From Octopus bimaculoides (Eukaryota): a stretch of DNA of 64,000 nucleotides. The DNA is taken from positions 27,909,116 through 27,973,115 of the forward strand of contig NC_068995.1 of NCBI RefSeq assembly GCF_001194135.2. The letters run 5' to 3'. A model generated the notes under the pieces. It saw only the letters and a program-made list of their open reading frames with translations, ran no database searches and was not told where the DNA came from. The position numbers and the translations under genes were made by a program. This document shows positions 23,805-36,713 of the stretch, piece by piece (position 1 is the first letter of the stretch; every line of letters begins with the position of its first letter).

Positions 23805-23956
23805 GCTCAATACTCAAAAGGTGCTAGTACATGACACTGGCATCAGCCACATTGCATCTGTGAGGCCCTACACTTGAAAGGTGCTAGTTACATGACACCA
23901 GCATTAGCCACATTGCCTCCATGAGGCTCGCCACTCGAAAAGTATTAGTTACATGA
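23805..23956. repeat. ~60-bp tandem repeat (about 2.3 units) resembling the reverse complement of the RTE 3' end
   Basis: gtgctagt(t)acatgacac..gcat.agccacattgc.tc..tgagg at 23821 and 23881, with a partial unit at 23942. Confidence 0.7.
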
Positions 23957-25900
23957 TTAGATTAGTGCGTTATCATGGGTTAGTAACCATTATCTCTGCC
24001 TATACCCCTCAGCCGGGGCTACCTGATCAACAGAAAGGCCGATTTTATGACACCCTCTTGCAGACTACCTCATTGACGAATGACAGGGACCTTCTCTTTG
24101 TGGCTGGTGACTTCAATGGACATGTTGGACAACATACAGGGGGCTTCCATGGCGGCTACGGTTTTGGTTCCCGCACTGAGGAGGGAACCAGACTGCTGGA
24201 GTTCTGCGATGCAAATGATCTTATGGCTTGCAATACTAACTTCAGGAAATCTGGCAGTCACCTAGTCACCTACTGTTCTGGCAGAGACACTAGCCAAATT
24301 GACTACATCCTCGCCAGAAAACGGGAAAAATGGCTGCTTATAAATGCCAAAATCTTCCCAGGCGAAGAATGTACCCCACAACATAGACTAGTAGTTAGCG
24401 ACTTCAGGATCAGGGCTAAATGGATGCCCAGAAGATGACCAGCATGGAGGAGAAGGGTCTGGAAGCTTAAAGATCTTGTGAATGGACAGAGATTTAGAGA
24501 CATATTACTTGAAGCCTTTGACGAAATAGAAGGGGATATAGCTTCACACGATGTGGAAGACAACTGGAGGTTTCTACGGGACAACCTGCTGAGGGCCACT
24601 GACCAGATCTGTGGATGGTGCAAAGTCCCCTCTCGAACCAAGATAATGTGGTGGTGGAACAATGTTGTTGGCAGGGCTATTAGAGAAAAGAAACAGGCGT
24701 GGTAGCAGAAGGGAAGCTAGGCGACAGGTTTATTTAACCAGAGGGGAAGCAGATAAGTGAAAAAATTTGCCAATGTTCTGCGCCATGAAGACCAAAGACT
24801 TGAGGTATTTCGTGTTGCAAGACAGTGTGTGAGAGAGAATCATGATGTCGTAGGAGAGAGATGTGTCCGCATGGATGATAGTTCACTTGCACTAAACGAG
24901 GCTGCAAAGAGAGAGGTTTGGAGATGCCACAATGAAAGGTTGCTCAATAAAGAGAAAGCCTTTGACAGGGTCCCCCGATCCCTTATCTGGTGGTCAATGA
25001 AGAAACTAGGGATAGATGAATGGCTAGTGAGAGCTGTGCAAGCCATGTACAGGAATGCTGTCAGTAAGGTGAGGGTTGGCAACGAGTAAAGTGAAGAATT
25101 CCGGGTAGAGGTAGGGGTCCACCAAGGTTCAGTCCTCAGCCCTCTCCTATTTATCATAGTCCTCCAGGCAATAACACAGGAATTCAAGACAGGATGCCCC
25201 TGGGAGCTCCTCTATGCTGATGACCTTGCTATAATTGCTGAGTCACTATCAGAACTAGAAGAGAAGTTTCAGGTGTGGAAGCAAAGATTAGAATCGAAGG
25301 GCCTTAGAGTCAACCTAGCTAAAACCAAAGACCTAATAAGTAGGAAGGCAGACAAACCATAGATCCCTTCAGGTAGATGGCCCTGCTCGATCTGTAGTTC
25401 AGAGATCTCCTACCTCTGCTGGTGACAAAGGGCCTCTCGCTCAGAGTAAAAGGTAGACTGTATGATGCATGTGTACGAACGGCCATGCTACATGGCAGTG
25501 AAACATGGGCCGTGACTGCTGAGACATGCGTAAGCTTGCAAGGAATGAAGCCAGTATGCTCCGCTGGGTGTGTAATGTCAGTGTGCATACTCGACAGAGT
25601 GTAAGTACCTTTAGAGAAAAGTTGGACCTAAGAAGCATCAGATGGGGTGTGCAAGAGAGATGACTGCGCCAATATGGTCATGTGGTGAGAACGGAAGAGG
25701 ATAGCTGTGAGAAAAGGTGCCACACTGTAGCAGTTGAGGGTACCTGTGGAAGAGGAAGACCTGGGATGAGGTGGTGAAGCATGACCTTCAAACATTAGGC
25801 CTCACCAAGGCAATGACTAGTGACCGAGACCTATGGAAATATGCTGTGCTTGAGAACACCTGGCAAGCCAAATGAGACCATAACCCATGGCCTATGCCAG
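23957..25900 (+). mobile_element. RTE-clade LINE (APE + RT) with internal deletions
   Basis: APE motifs ISAYTPQ, VAGDFNGHVG, SQIDYIL, CTPQHRLVVSD. RT motifs EKAFDRVP, GVHQGSVLSP, LYADD. 3' end GRGRPGMRW. Confidence 0.92.
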
Positions 25901-26481
25901 GGGTGTAACCAGCCTACTTACGCTTACCTTTCCTTCATGGGACACTAAACTCTGCTTGTGAAGGCCTGTTGAGGCAAGTGAAATAGAAATCAAATTCAAT
26001 GACAGCACCACATGACTGGCATTCGTGCTAGTGGAGCACTAAGAGCACCATCTGCGCATGATCGCTGCCAGGGCAGTCGACTGGATCCTGTGCCAGTGGC
26101 ATGTAAAAAGCACCATTCGAGTGTGATTGTTACCAGTGTCACCTTACTGGCACGTGAAAAAAAAAAAATTCAAGCAAGATCATTGCCAGTGCTGCTGGAC
26201 TAACTCCTGTGCAGGTGGCATGTAAAAGAAAAAACACCATTTGAGCGTAGCTGTTTCCAGTACCACCTCACTGGCCCTTGTGCCAGTAGCACGTAAAAGC
26301 ACCCACTACACTCTCAGAGTGGTTGGCATTAGGATGAGCATCCAGCTGTAGAAACTCTGCTAGATCAGATTGGAGCCTGGTGCAGCGATCTGGCTCGCTA
26401 GTCCTCAGTCAAATCGTCTAACCCATGCCAGCATGAAAAGCGGACATTAAATGATGATGTATATATGCATGTGTGTGTATA

Positions 26482-27772
26482 TCTAATATATAAATAGCAG
26501 TTTTTGTCTGTCAGTTATCATCTTAGTGCCTAAACCAGCAAACCAATATTCACGAAACTTTGCATTCATGTTACTCTAACACCCAGTTCAGTAATAGGCT
26601 AATTGGATTATAGGATAAAATGAGAAGGTTGCATAAAGTATTAGTCAGAAAGAAAGGTAGTACAGAATGAAGATGACTTATATCAGTGAAAGCGAGAACA
26701 ACAGTAGCAATGGGATGTTAACATTAATACAGCTGTCATATACACACGAGCTGCATACATACTTTCATAAATACATAGATACAACACACACACATGCACA
26801 GAAAGGTGGGTGTGAGGAATATGTAGCTTCAAAGCGTAGGTGACTTTTCTGCTGTCCGTCACAAAGAAACATTAACACACACACACATACATAGATGTAT
26901 ATACATACATATGTCTCCTATACACCATTTTAAACTCATGATTACTTGTGTGTATGCTTGTAAATTTGTGTTGTGTGTGATGTCCTATAACTGTTTGTCT
27001 TTCTACCGTTGTAGGGTCTTCCCTGTTGTTGTCACATGTGAGATTTTAAAATTTTGTCAAAATTTTCAAATTTGGTATATTGAAATAATTTTCCCTGTTA
27101 AATCTGATTTTGTTATTTATTTGTTCCTAACATCCAGTTGAAGTAAAGGCGAATTGGATTTCAATAAAAATCTATAATGGGCCCTCTAGGGAGGGGGGCT
27201 GTAGCACATGTTTACAAATCAGCTACAATAAGCTACGACATGCAACAATGCGTGGATTATTTGTCAATGTATTTGTAAATCTATCTATTTATCTAATTTC
27301 TTTTATTCAGATGCATATTTGTTTGTTAAAATAATATAGGAATATTCCTTATTCACCCACTAATCGAATTAATAGTTAGCAATAAACTATTGCCATAAAT
27401 GACAGGTTGGGCATAAAGACAGGGGCTGTAAAGGATAGGACATGGAACAGTGTAATGGTAAATTGGAACTGGGGACAACCCCTGCTTTTCGGGTATTACT
27501 GGTCAACTCATTTATTTTACTTAGATGCATATTTGTTTGTTAAAATAATATAGAGACATTGCTTATTCACCCACTATTTATTGGCTTAATTACACCTAAC
27601 TGCTTCTAAAATTTGTATATTGACATAGGATTAGGGATAGGAATGGGAACAGAACTAAAACAGGAAGTAAACAGGGAATGGGATAGGACATGAAACAGTG
27701 TAATGTGAATGAGAACGTGAGATAACCTCTGATTTTCTGGGTATTACTGGGTATTACTAGGTAATTCAGCTA

Positions 27773-27773
<1 letters not shown>
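26482..27773 (+). mobile_element. Non-autonomous Helitron-like element
   Basis: 5' TC (A|TCTAATATATAAAT) and 3' ...ggtaattcagCTAG|T give an A/T target with no TSD. Contains internal microsatellites and a duplicated 3' segment. Confidence 0.7.
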
Positions 27774-27821
<48 letters not shown>

Positions 27822-28439
27822 NNNNNNNNNNNNNNNNNNNNNNNNNNNNNNNNNNNNNNNNNNNNNNNNNNNNNNNNNNNNNNNNNNNNNNNNNNNNNNN
27901 NNNNNNNNNNNNNNNNNNNNNNNNNNNNNNNNNNNNNNNNNNNNNNNNNNNNNNNNNNNNNNNNNNNNNNNNNNNNNNNNNNNNNNNNNNNNNNNNNNNN
28001 NNNNNNNNNNNNNNNNNNNNNNNNNNNNNNNNNNNNNNNNNNNNNNNNNNNNNNNNNNNNNNNNNNNNNNNNNNNNNNNNNNNNNNNNNNNNNNNNNNNN
28101 NNNNNNNNNNNNNNNNNNNNNNNNNNNNNNNNNNNNNNNNNNNNNNNNNNNNNNNNNNNNNNNNNNNNNNNNNNNNNNNNNNNNNNNNNNNNNNNNNNNN
28201 NNNNNNNNNNNNNNNNNNNNNNNNNNNNNNNNNNNNNNNNNNNNNNNNNNNNNNNNNNNNNNNNNNNNNNNNNNNNNNNNNAGTGAATATAGTGATATAT
28301 CTTCATGTACAATTATATGTACACATATGTGTTAAATACTGAGCATCTGTTCACACACAGTGTGTACAGAATAAATAAATAAATAGATAATTAGAAATTG
28401 ATGATCATTTCTGCGAATAATCAGAGGTGATAAAATCAT

Positions 28440-29717
28440 AAGTCAGTTTTTCTTTTGTTGTGAATTGAAGGAAAGAACGACAGGAGAAGATGTCTTTAAC
28501 CTGGTAAACCAAAATGTCATATTGAGAGGGATGCAGTGGCAAACTTGTATTAGTGTTTGCACTGATGGCACTCCATCAAAAAAAAAAAAAGAAAGGCTTT
28601 GTGGCTCATGTATTACAAAAAAATTCACAAGTTAAAATTGTACATTCACTGTGAAGTTTTGGTGTCAAAATCTCTACCTGATGGTCTCCTAAAGATGATG
28701 GACAATGTTGTTAAGGTGGTGAATTACATAAAATCGAATTCCCTATGATGCAGACTTTTTGCATCACTGTGGGAAACTATGGATTCTGATTTTAAGTGTT
28801 TACTGCTTCATACAGAAGTGCAATGGAAAGGTGCTCTCTCGATTTATCTCTTTGTGAACTGAAATGTTTCTTCAATGCTGAAAATTCTGGATTTGAATTT
28901 CTTAACGATGATAATTGGTGGCTGGAAGTAGCATTTTTCAGTGATCTTTTTGAGAAGATGAACGTTTTAAATTGAGTCTGCACAGAGCGGACAAAAATAT
29001 TATTACAATTACAGGCAAATTGAAATTTTTCACCAAGTTAGAACTGTAGATAAGGAAATCACAGTTTGATTGCTTCCCAGACAAATTTTGTCTGAAGTGC
29101 AGAAGACAATAGAAAATCTGTATGTATCATTTTCTAAGTATTTTCCATCACATGAGTGGGTCATCAATCCTTTCACAAGATATGACCGTACACACCTGCC
29201 ATTAACAGAAGAAGAAAATTTAATAGACTTGAAAAACGATCCTGTGCAAAAACCTCATTTTCTGTGCTAGAATTGTCAGAATTTTGGATTTTGCTTTCGA
29301 GCCAGTATCCTCGATTAGCTACTACAGCTGTTAAATTTCTGTTGCCTTTTGGATTATCATACCTTTGCAAATTAGGTATCTCTGTGCTTATGGAAATGAA
29401 GTCAAAAAAATGAGAACAATTACAGATGGTAGATGAGGAGCTACATATTGGTTTATCTAATTTAGAACCGCATCTTGACAAAATTCTTTCTCAAAATCAA
29501 TTGCATCCTTCTCACTAAAAGCATTATTATTGCATTATATTGCCTATATATATATGTTCATAAAACAATGTTATTTTATTGTTACTATAATAAGAATTTA
29601 TTTTTATTCATACTAATAAAGCATATTCAGTTTTGTTGGGATTTTTATTTGGTGTGCCAGAAAATAAATCCTTCTCACCCAGTGTGTTGTAAGGTAAAAA
29701 AAGTTTGGCATACACTG
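28440..29717 (+). mobile_element. hAT (Charlie/Buster-like) transposon, 5'-truncated
   Basis: ELKERTTGEDVFNLV, ISVCTDG, KVVNYIK, LLLHTEVQW, WVINPF, SYLCKLGIS (hAT dimerisation domain). End aaagtttggcatacactg is the reverse complement of a CAGTG-type TIR. Confidence 0.85.
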
Positions 29718-29719
29718 AC

Positions 29720-30290
29720 TTAGCTGGATCACATTGTACTGTTGAAGAATTCCAGAGTACTTTTGAACTTGATATCAATTTTCGTCATTATAATGGTGTT
29801 ATCATGGCTATTAAAAACTGCCAAGCAAGGTTAAAGATAAGCAAACCTACTTATTTTCAACAACTAGATGATAATATAGCTATTTTAAAGCTTATGTCTG
29901 TTAAGAAAGGAGCCAAGCGTTACTATTATGTTTTAAGCACATCTATGTTTGTTTAAAATCCAAACATAAATAAGAAGAGTATATGCTTGCTGAACTAGAA
30001 TGGGAAAAAATATTTGTACAACCTATAAAGACAACAACGGATACTAAATTGCGTTAGTTTCAGTTCAGAATTATACATAGTATTTTAACCACTAATTCTC
30101 TCCTATCTAAGATCAAATCAGCTGAAAGCAACTTGTGCACTTTTTGTCAATGTGAAGTTGAGGCAATAACACACCTTTTTTGGTATTGTGAACATGTACA
30201 AGCTTTTTAGCAACACTTTCTTGAATTGCTGTATGAAAAATGCTTGCATGTTCACAACATGAACTTTGGCCTACAGCTTATTTAATAAAA
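29720..30290 (+). mobile_element. L1/Tx1-clade LINE C-terminal fragment
   Basis: WEKIF...TKLR*FQFRIIHSILTTN...LCTFCQCEVEAITHLFWYCEHV (zf-RVT/CCHC-type region). Confidence 0.8.
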
Positions 30291-31289
30291 GATAAAAGCA
30301 CTCATGCCATTGCTGCATGAATGCACTTGTGCTGGTGACACATAAAAAGCACCCAGCACACTGTTAAGTGGTTGGCATTAGGAAGGGCATCCAGCCATAG
30401 GAACTATGCCACAACAGACAATTAGAGTCTCGCCAGCATGGAAAACATATTAAATGATGATGATGATGATGATGATATATGCAAGTGTATGTGGTTATGT
30501 AGGCGTCTTTAGCCTCGAAAGACTCTGAAATGGTGCATCCTTGAGAAAAACAAATTTGATTTTTGGAATCTGCATCCCGAAAACAGTGTTGTCCATAAAT
30601 AATAATAAATTTGCTATGAGAAATAACTCAACTTTTAGATCTACAAATCTTACACTCTCTTTTTGTCACCATCAATCTATCTCTTTCTATGTATTTGCCA
30701 TACTCTTTGTCACACACTCCCTCCCTCTCTCTACTCTCACACATTACTTCCATTTTGTTTAAAACTACATTTTCTAATGTTTACTTTCATTTTATGACAG
30801 CTATCATGTACAAATCCTGTTTTCTGATTGGGTGAAAATGATCAAACTTAAAGCATTTTTCTAAAATGTTTCAGGAATAAATGAACAACTAACTCGGATT
30901 TAGTGTGAAAATGTACATCAATATGCATAATTTGAAAATTTTCTCTTAATTTAAAAATTTCAATATCTGTATCTGCAACAGAAAAGATCTCTCTCTATAT
31001 ATTTGTCTATCTCATTCATTTTCCCATTCTAAACTTTCTCACTCTAAAGCATATTGCTCATGTTGAATATGTGTATGTTTGTCAGTGTGTATATATGCAT
31101 GTGTGTAAGGAATTTCATTATGGCGACAGCATGATTTTAAAAAAGTATGTTGAAGATAATTTATTTAAATAGCATACCTTTCTGTTAGTAAATATGTTTT
31201 TTTCCTACACACACACACATGCACACAAATGAACTTACTTGGTGTAGGATGGGGGTTAGAAATTTAAATAACAAATTTTTTTGTTTTTT

Positions 31290-31510
31290 GCTTTAGTGTT
31301 CAGATTATTCTGTCAAGTGTAAAACTTATTATTAATTCAGATTGTTTTGAATTAATCAAGCATTATCTTGTTACTTTGAGATTTTGATGATGTGATTGTT
31401 CATTTTTAGAATGACAGTATAGCGTAGATGAGAGAGGCCAGATCTGACCAGTTTGAACATAAAACAGGTAGAATTATTGGGCCAGATGTGGCCGGTTTAA
31501 GTGCGAAAGA
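31290..31510. mobile_element. piggyBac-type MITE copy nested in a remnant of the 49268-50275 repeat family
   Basis: Starts ctttagtgttcagattattctgtcaa and matches 38196-38414 in reverse. Flanks (31130-31260, 31510-31700) match 49740-50060. Confidence 0.65.
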
Positions 31511-32000
31511 CCATTACATCATCATTCCATAAAATGTATTGATGGTGAGAAAAACATTGAAAAGCATCAATACATGTCAGAGTGGTGAAGAAATGAGGAA
31601 GGCGGCAAGTGGTCATGGGATGTGCTAGAAAAACACAGCTAAATCTCCCTTGTCACACATCTTTTTGTCTGAAAATTATTTTGAAACTATAAACAGAAAT
31701 AAATTGCAGATTCAGACTGTCTGTATTTTAAAACTATGATTAAACAAAACTTGAAAAAGAAAAACAGAATTTATAGTGGTGGTGGTGGTGATGGTGGATG
31801 GGATTAATGAAAAAATTAAAAAAGATTTCGCTATTGTTTTTAAATTGTTTCATTTTCTGTTTGAAAATAAAGGCAGTAGGCATTATAACAGTGATTGCTT
31901 AACAATCTATCACATTTATTCTTTAAAAAATATACTTCACTATTTAAAAAATTACATTTGTTTCTTCTCTTACTCTCTCTCTCTCTCTCTNNNNNNNNNN

Positions 32001-32046
<46 letters not shown>

Positions 32047-32196
32047 ACACTTCAAAATATTTAATTTTAATCGATTATTAAAATAATAGTGCTTGAAGAT
32101 GTTGAATTGCTGAAACTAAATAATCTGTGATAAAACAGGAAGTTAGATGAAAATTTATCTTTTATTAAATAATGTTTGTTGTTCTTGTTCATTTAG

Positions 32197-32329
32197 ATAC
32201 TCATCTTTATTGTTTCCCATGGAGATGTGTTTCATGGCATTTTGAGAGATCGCCACAGCTTGCATGATTTAGGTGCTCTACAAGAGCTGGAACTGGCAAC
32301 AGCTGTTATCAGTAAAGTTGCTGTACATG
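32197..32329 (+). CDS. NUP205: Nup205 internal exon I
   Basis: catttAG/GTAAGT, 133 nt, phase 0-1. ILIFIVSHGDVFHGILRDRHSLHDLGALQELELATAVISKVAVH resembles VLQFLISHSDTIQAILR...SLQELALLTGIISK. Confidence 0.93.
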
Positions 32330-33389
32330 GTAAGTAGATGAAAATGTTTCTTCTGAGAAGTTTAAAGAATTTCCTGTTTTTCATTCTTTCTAGAAGTCAA
32401 TAATGAATTATTCAAGCATTTCCTTATAAATATCTTTTGTTCATATTTACATTTTCTTTTGCACTCTGTGATTTGATACAGATAAACAAATACCAAATGA
32501 CTATTTACTAATTCTTATCTTTAATAGACAAGAAGAGTTATGACATTGAAATACTTTATTCAACCAAATTTTCTCATTTTAGCAACTTAAATATACTTTA
32601 TACACTCCACTTTCTTTTTCTTGTCTTCTCTATTCCAACTCCTATATGGCATACTTTTTCTAAACTCTCTTCCCCTAAATTGCTTCATACAGAACTATTT
32701 TTTTCACTTTTATTTCCTGCTTCTAATCTACAACACTTCATATTTAAACAGATTTTCTCCAATGTTGGAAGCCCTTAAAAGTTTATGGACCTAGTTTTTC
32801 CTTCTCAGTACTTATTGATTTTAGTTACTGCTAATTACTATATAAAATTTCCTGATAAACTACTTAGCACTAATTTTTGTAGATCAAGCCTAAGGGCACA
32901 CAAGTTGTCAACAAAAGGACCTGGTGTAATCCATAGATCTATCGTACTATGTTTCTCACAGATGACCATACATTGCTCACTGATATGCAATAGTTAATTA
33001 CATCTGTTGTAAACTGGACATGTGGTATCCTCTTCGCGATTTGTTTGTATGGCTGTAGATTCTGGTGGTAGCCACAACAGAAGCATATACATACAAATAT
33101 AAACATCCAGTGACTTGCAAACATGCACACACACACACACACATATGGATGCAGGTGTGGCTGTGTGGTAAGAAGCACACAGTATAAAATCTGAATAAAC
33201 TGAAGGATGGTAAAATGTATAACTTAAGACAAACACTCCTGGAATTGAAAGCAGAATCAGACTTTCATATTGAAAGGGAAAAGCAGAGAGATGGAGAGAG
33301 AACAGAGCTGTGGAAAACATAAAATAAAACCCAAAATTTTGCAAAGGAAACAGCCACAATACAGTACAAAGTAGGATCATTGTTACAAG

Positions 33390-34370
33390 GGTATTTCTTA
33401 CTGACCACAGACCCCCAAAATGCTAAGTGAAGTGCTCAAGAAACAGTTCAAAAGTGTATTCACCTCCCCACTGGGACACATGCAAATAAATAACCCAGCT
33501 GAGTTCTTTGACATTACAGCTTTGCAGAGGAAGGAGGTAACTATCAATTACATCAACATTGAGGAAGCCGTTTGTAACAGCAACTGTAGATTAAATGTGC
33601 TTAAACTCAACAACAGGTCCCAGTGGTTTCTCAGCTATTTTCTTGAAGTCATGTAAATAGGTTCAGCAAAACCACTTCAGATGCTTTTCCAAATTTTCTT
33701 TACAATGGTAAACCTCTTAAAAACCTAAGCAAAAGCATCATTATATATATGCTATTCATAACAGCAAAAGCAGAGCAGAGGCTAAAAACTACAGGCCCAT
33801 CTCTCTGATTTCACATCTCAACAATGAATCTTCAGAAGGAAACTAACATTCCTTGAAGAAAATAACTTGCTGAACAATACTCAACATGGTTTCTATTTAG
33901 AAAGAAACTGCCTCACACAGTTCTTACAGTACTATGATTTTCTTTTGAAGCAACTACTCAACCATTCAGATGTTGATTTATTGTATCTTGACTTTACAAA
34001 AGCCTTTTTCAAGGTGGATCATGGCATATGTCATGAGCTGTGTCATGGCATGTGTCTTGGCATAGCTGGTAAACTAGGTGTGACTACATGACATCCTAAA
34101 AGATAAGTCAGGCAGTTGCAGCCAATGGTGACCTCTCTAAGGAAACACAAATTCTGAGTGGAGTTCCCCAGGGTACTCCACTACTGTTCGGAGCCATTAC
34201 TGTTTACAAGAGCTCTCTTAGTCATGCCCACTGTCACTAGCTATGCTGGTGATACCAAATTATCACAAGCAGTAAAGAACTCTGATGATGTTGCAAACCT
34301 GCAGTGGGACCTAAATGCAATACACAAATGGGATGAACAAAACAACATTCAGTTTAACAGTGGAAAATTT
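33390..34370 (+). mobile_element. CR1/Jockey-group LINE RT fragment
   Basis: KNYRPISLISH, QHGF...NCLTQ, LDFTKAFFKVDHG, SGVPQG, YAGDTKL, LQWDLNAIHKW...FN. Confidence 0.85.
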
Positions 34371-34779
34371 AAAGTGAGCAGGTAGCTCGCGAGAGCGTAA
34401 AAGAAAAGGGGGAAGAGAATGCAGTAAGCAGTAAACACAGATATATAGGGAAGCAGCAGGATAGTAATGATACAGTTGGCATGGAGAGGATAGGAGAAGG
34501 AAAGATATGACAAAGTGGTATTGGGGAGCAAGGGAGTAAGAAAGAGTGTAGTGCATGATGATATGTAGTTTGGTTCATTGGACGGGAAATGGGAGAGATT
34601 AGTGCAAGTGTGTGTGTGTCCTAGTATGGCTACAGCCTTTGGGCTGAAATGCATAAAAAATGAGGGCTACAGTTTGCTGGTCCAGAAAATTAAAAGTTGC
34701 ATATGAAAAACAAAAACTGCAAACCAGTAGAAACCTGACAGAAGAATTTTGGAGGAGATGAAGAAAATGTTAGAGTAAC

Positions 34780-35050
34780 AGAAAACAATGAAGAAGAACA
34801 TGAAAGATCACCTTGAGTATTCCATTCTCTGCAAAATGATCAGACAACATATAAGAAATGACTTCGAGAATTATTGACTGAAGAAATTGATGCAAGCTGT
34901 AGAGGATAGGAAAAATTAAAAAAGATGCAGGAGAGGGTTGTCATTCTATAGGTCAGAGGTAACGGCGCTTAATAACAAGGATGGGTTCATGGTAATAGAC
35001 AAAGGGGAGATTGAGAAGGTATGCAAAATTTTCTACACCAAAAGTTCAGT
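34780..35050 (+). mobile_element. RTE/BovB-like linker fragment
   Basis: Broken reading LCKMIRQHIRND...NKDG...DKGEIEKVCK.FYT. Confidence 0.5.
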
Positions 35051-35053
35051 AAG

Positions 35054-36713
35054 CTAAGGAAATGGTGTAACTGGTGAAGGGAAGTCCTCAATAGCCCACA
35101 CTTTCTCTGTAAGAGGTCTAATGCCTTCTTTGTCTATGATGTGGCCTAGAAACACAAGGGAGGATGTGCCAAAAGCACGTTTAGTTGGGTTAATCTGCAC
35201 TTTATATTGGTTAAGGTGTTGGAAGAGTAGCTTTAAATGATGAGCATGTTCTTCAGATGAAGAACTGGCAATCAAGAGATCATCAACATATGCATAGATG
35301 AAATCCAGTCCACAAATGATTTCGTTTATAAACCACTAAAAGGTGCTGGCAGCATTTCAGAGGCCAAATGGTACAGTCAAGAATTTGAAGGAACTAATTG
35401 GAGTTGTTACTGAAGTCTTCAGAATGTCGTCAAGGTGGATGGGAATCTGGTGATAAGCCCTCACTAGATCGAGCTTGGTAAACACAGTACATCCATGCAG
35501 TGAAGAAGCAAAATCCTAGAGATGAAGAAATGGATACCTATCGGGAATGGTGATAGCATTTAGACACCTAAAATCTGTAGGTCTCCAATCGCCAGAGTTC
35601 TTGAGGCCCATTGGCTTGTGGAAGGGTGGATAATTCTGAGCTGCAGCATGTGATTAAATTTCGCTTTGGCTGCTTTGAGCTTTTCTGGAGGCAGACAATG
35701 AAAACACAAAAATACTGGAGCACCATTTGTAAAGATAAAATGTTTTGTAGAGTGAGCAGGATTACTCACTTGGAAATTCAGGTTGGTGAGCTCCGGGAAA
35801 GAGTCTAAAATTGATTGATAAAGGTTTGCAGGTGCTGCAATAACAAATGCTGGGCTAATAATTGTAGTGCTGTCCAAAAACTGCTGCTTACGAACATCAA
35901 CTATAAGAGAATAGTGGTGGAGAAAATTCGCACCAAGGATAGGGTAAGGCAGGTCATCGATGATGAAATCTCTTCGCAGAGCCAAATCCAATGAAAGAGA
36001 GATTTGATCATACGTCTGTATGGACGAGTGGTTCACAGCTAACAGGGTAATTTCTTAACTGGCCAATTACTGCAGGCAGCACCAGAATTAACAAGAAAAA
36101 GTTTGTGCAATAATAAGTCCTTGACGAAGAATGCACAATTATGAGGGTGTGGACTGGGATCAGCTGTATGCTCAATGTCTTGCTGTGGTTTTTTCCTGAC
36201 TTGGATAAGCATATGGTGGAGTACATTTCTGGGCAGCAGCACCAAAACGTCTATGATACCAGCAGTGTGTTGATGCAGAGACAGGAGAGAATGAACGTGA
36301 TGTAGCTTGTTAAATCTAGAATGGCCTGTAGAGTTTCCGATTGCTTGAAATCAGGATCCGACAAGGCAGCTGCTACTGGAGACAGAGAAGGAGAAACAGC
36401 AGCATCTCTGTTGCCAGTTTACTCTAATATCTTGTTGGCTGAAGAAACCAATTGATCCACTGAACTGACCTCCATCATAGGGGTGAGGATGGCATTGTTC
36501 TCAGATGATCCTTCAGTAAGTTCCCACATCCTATGAAGGAGTTGGGTTAGCATCTGGTCGCCCAAGTGTTCCTTGTCAACTAATGTACGAAAGCATTTCT
36601 CCGCTGAAAGCGAAGTCCTATGGAGAACTTCACTCTTTATGGAAAAATAAGATGCATCCTATTTGTTTTGGTAAATATTTCTGAAAGAAATATTTAAATG
36701 TTTGGGTCACCAA
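35054..36713 (-). mobile_element. Gypsy LTR retrotransposon fragment (gag-protease-RT), with PBS
   Basis: Minus strand: LTR end ...GTTACA followed by PBS TTGGTGACCC (36704-13); FLVNSGA protease; YVDDLLIAS-like RT; LVFLGHII. Confidence 0.85.

Noticed and set aside
23805-23956. Regularly spaced repeats as a CRISPR-like array (also 58900-59090, 63420-63830)
   Set aside because: These are degenerate tandem modules of retroelement 3' ends in a eukaryotic genome, with no unique spacers or cas genes.
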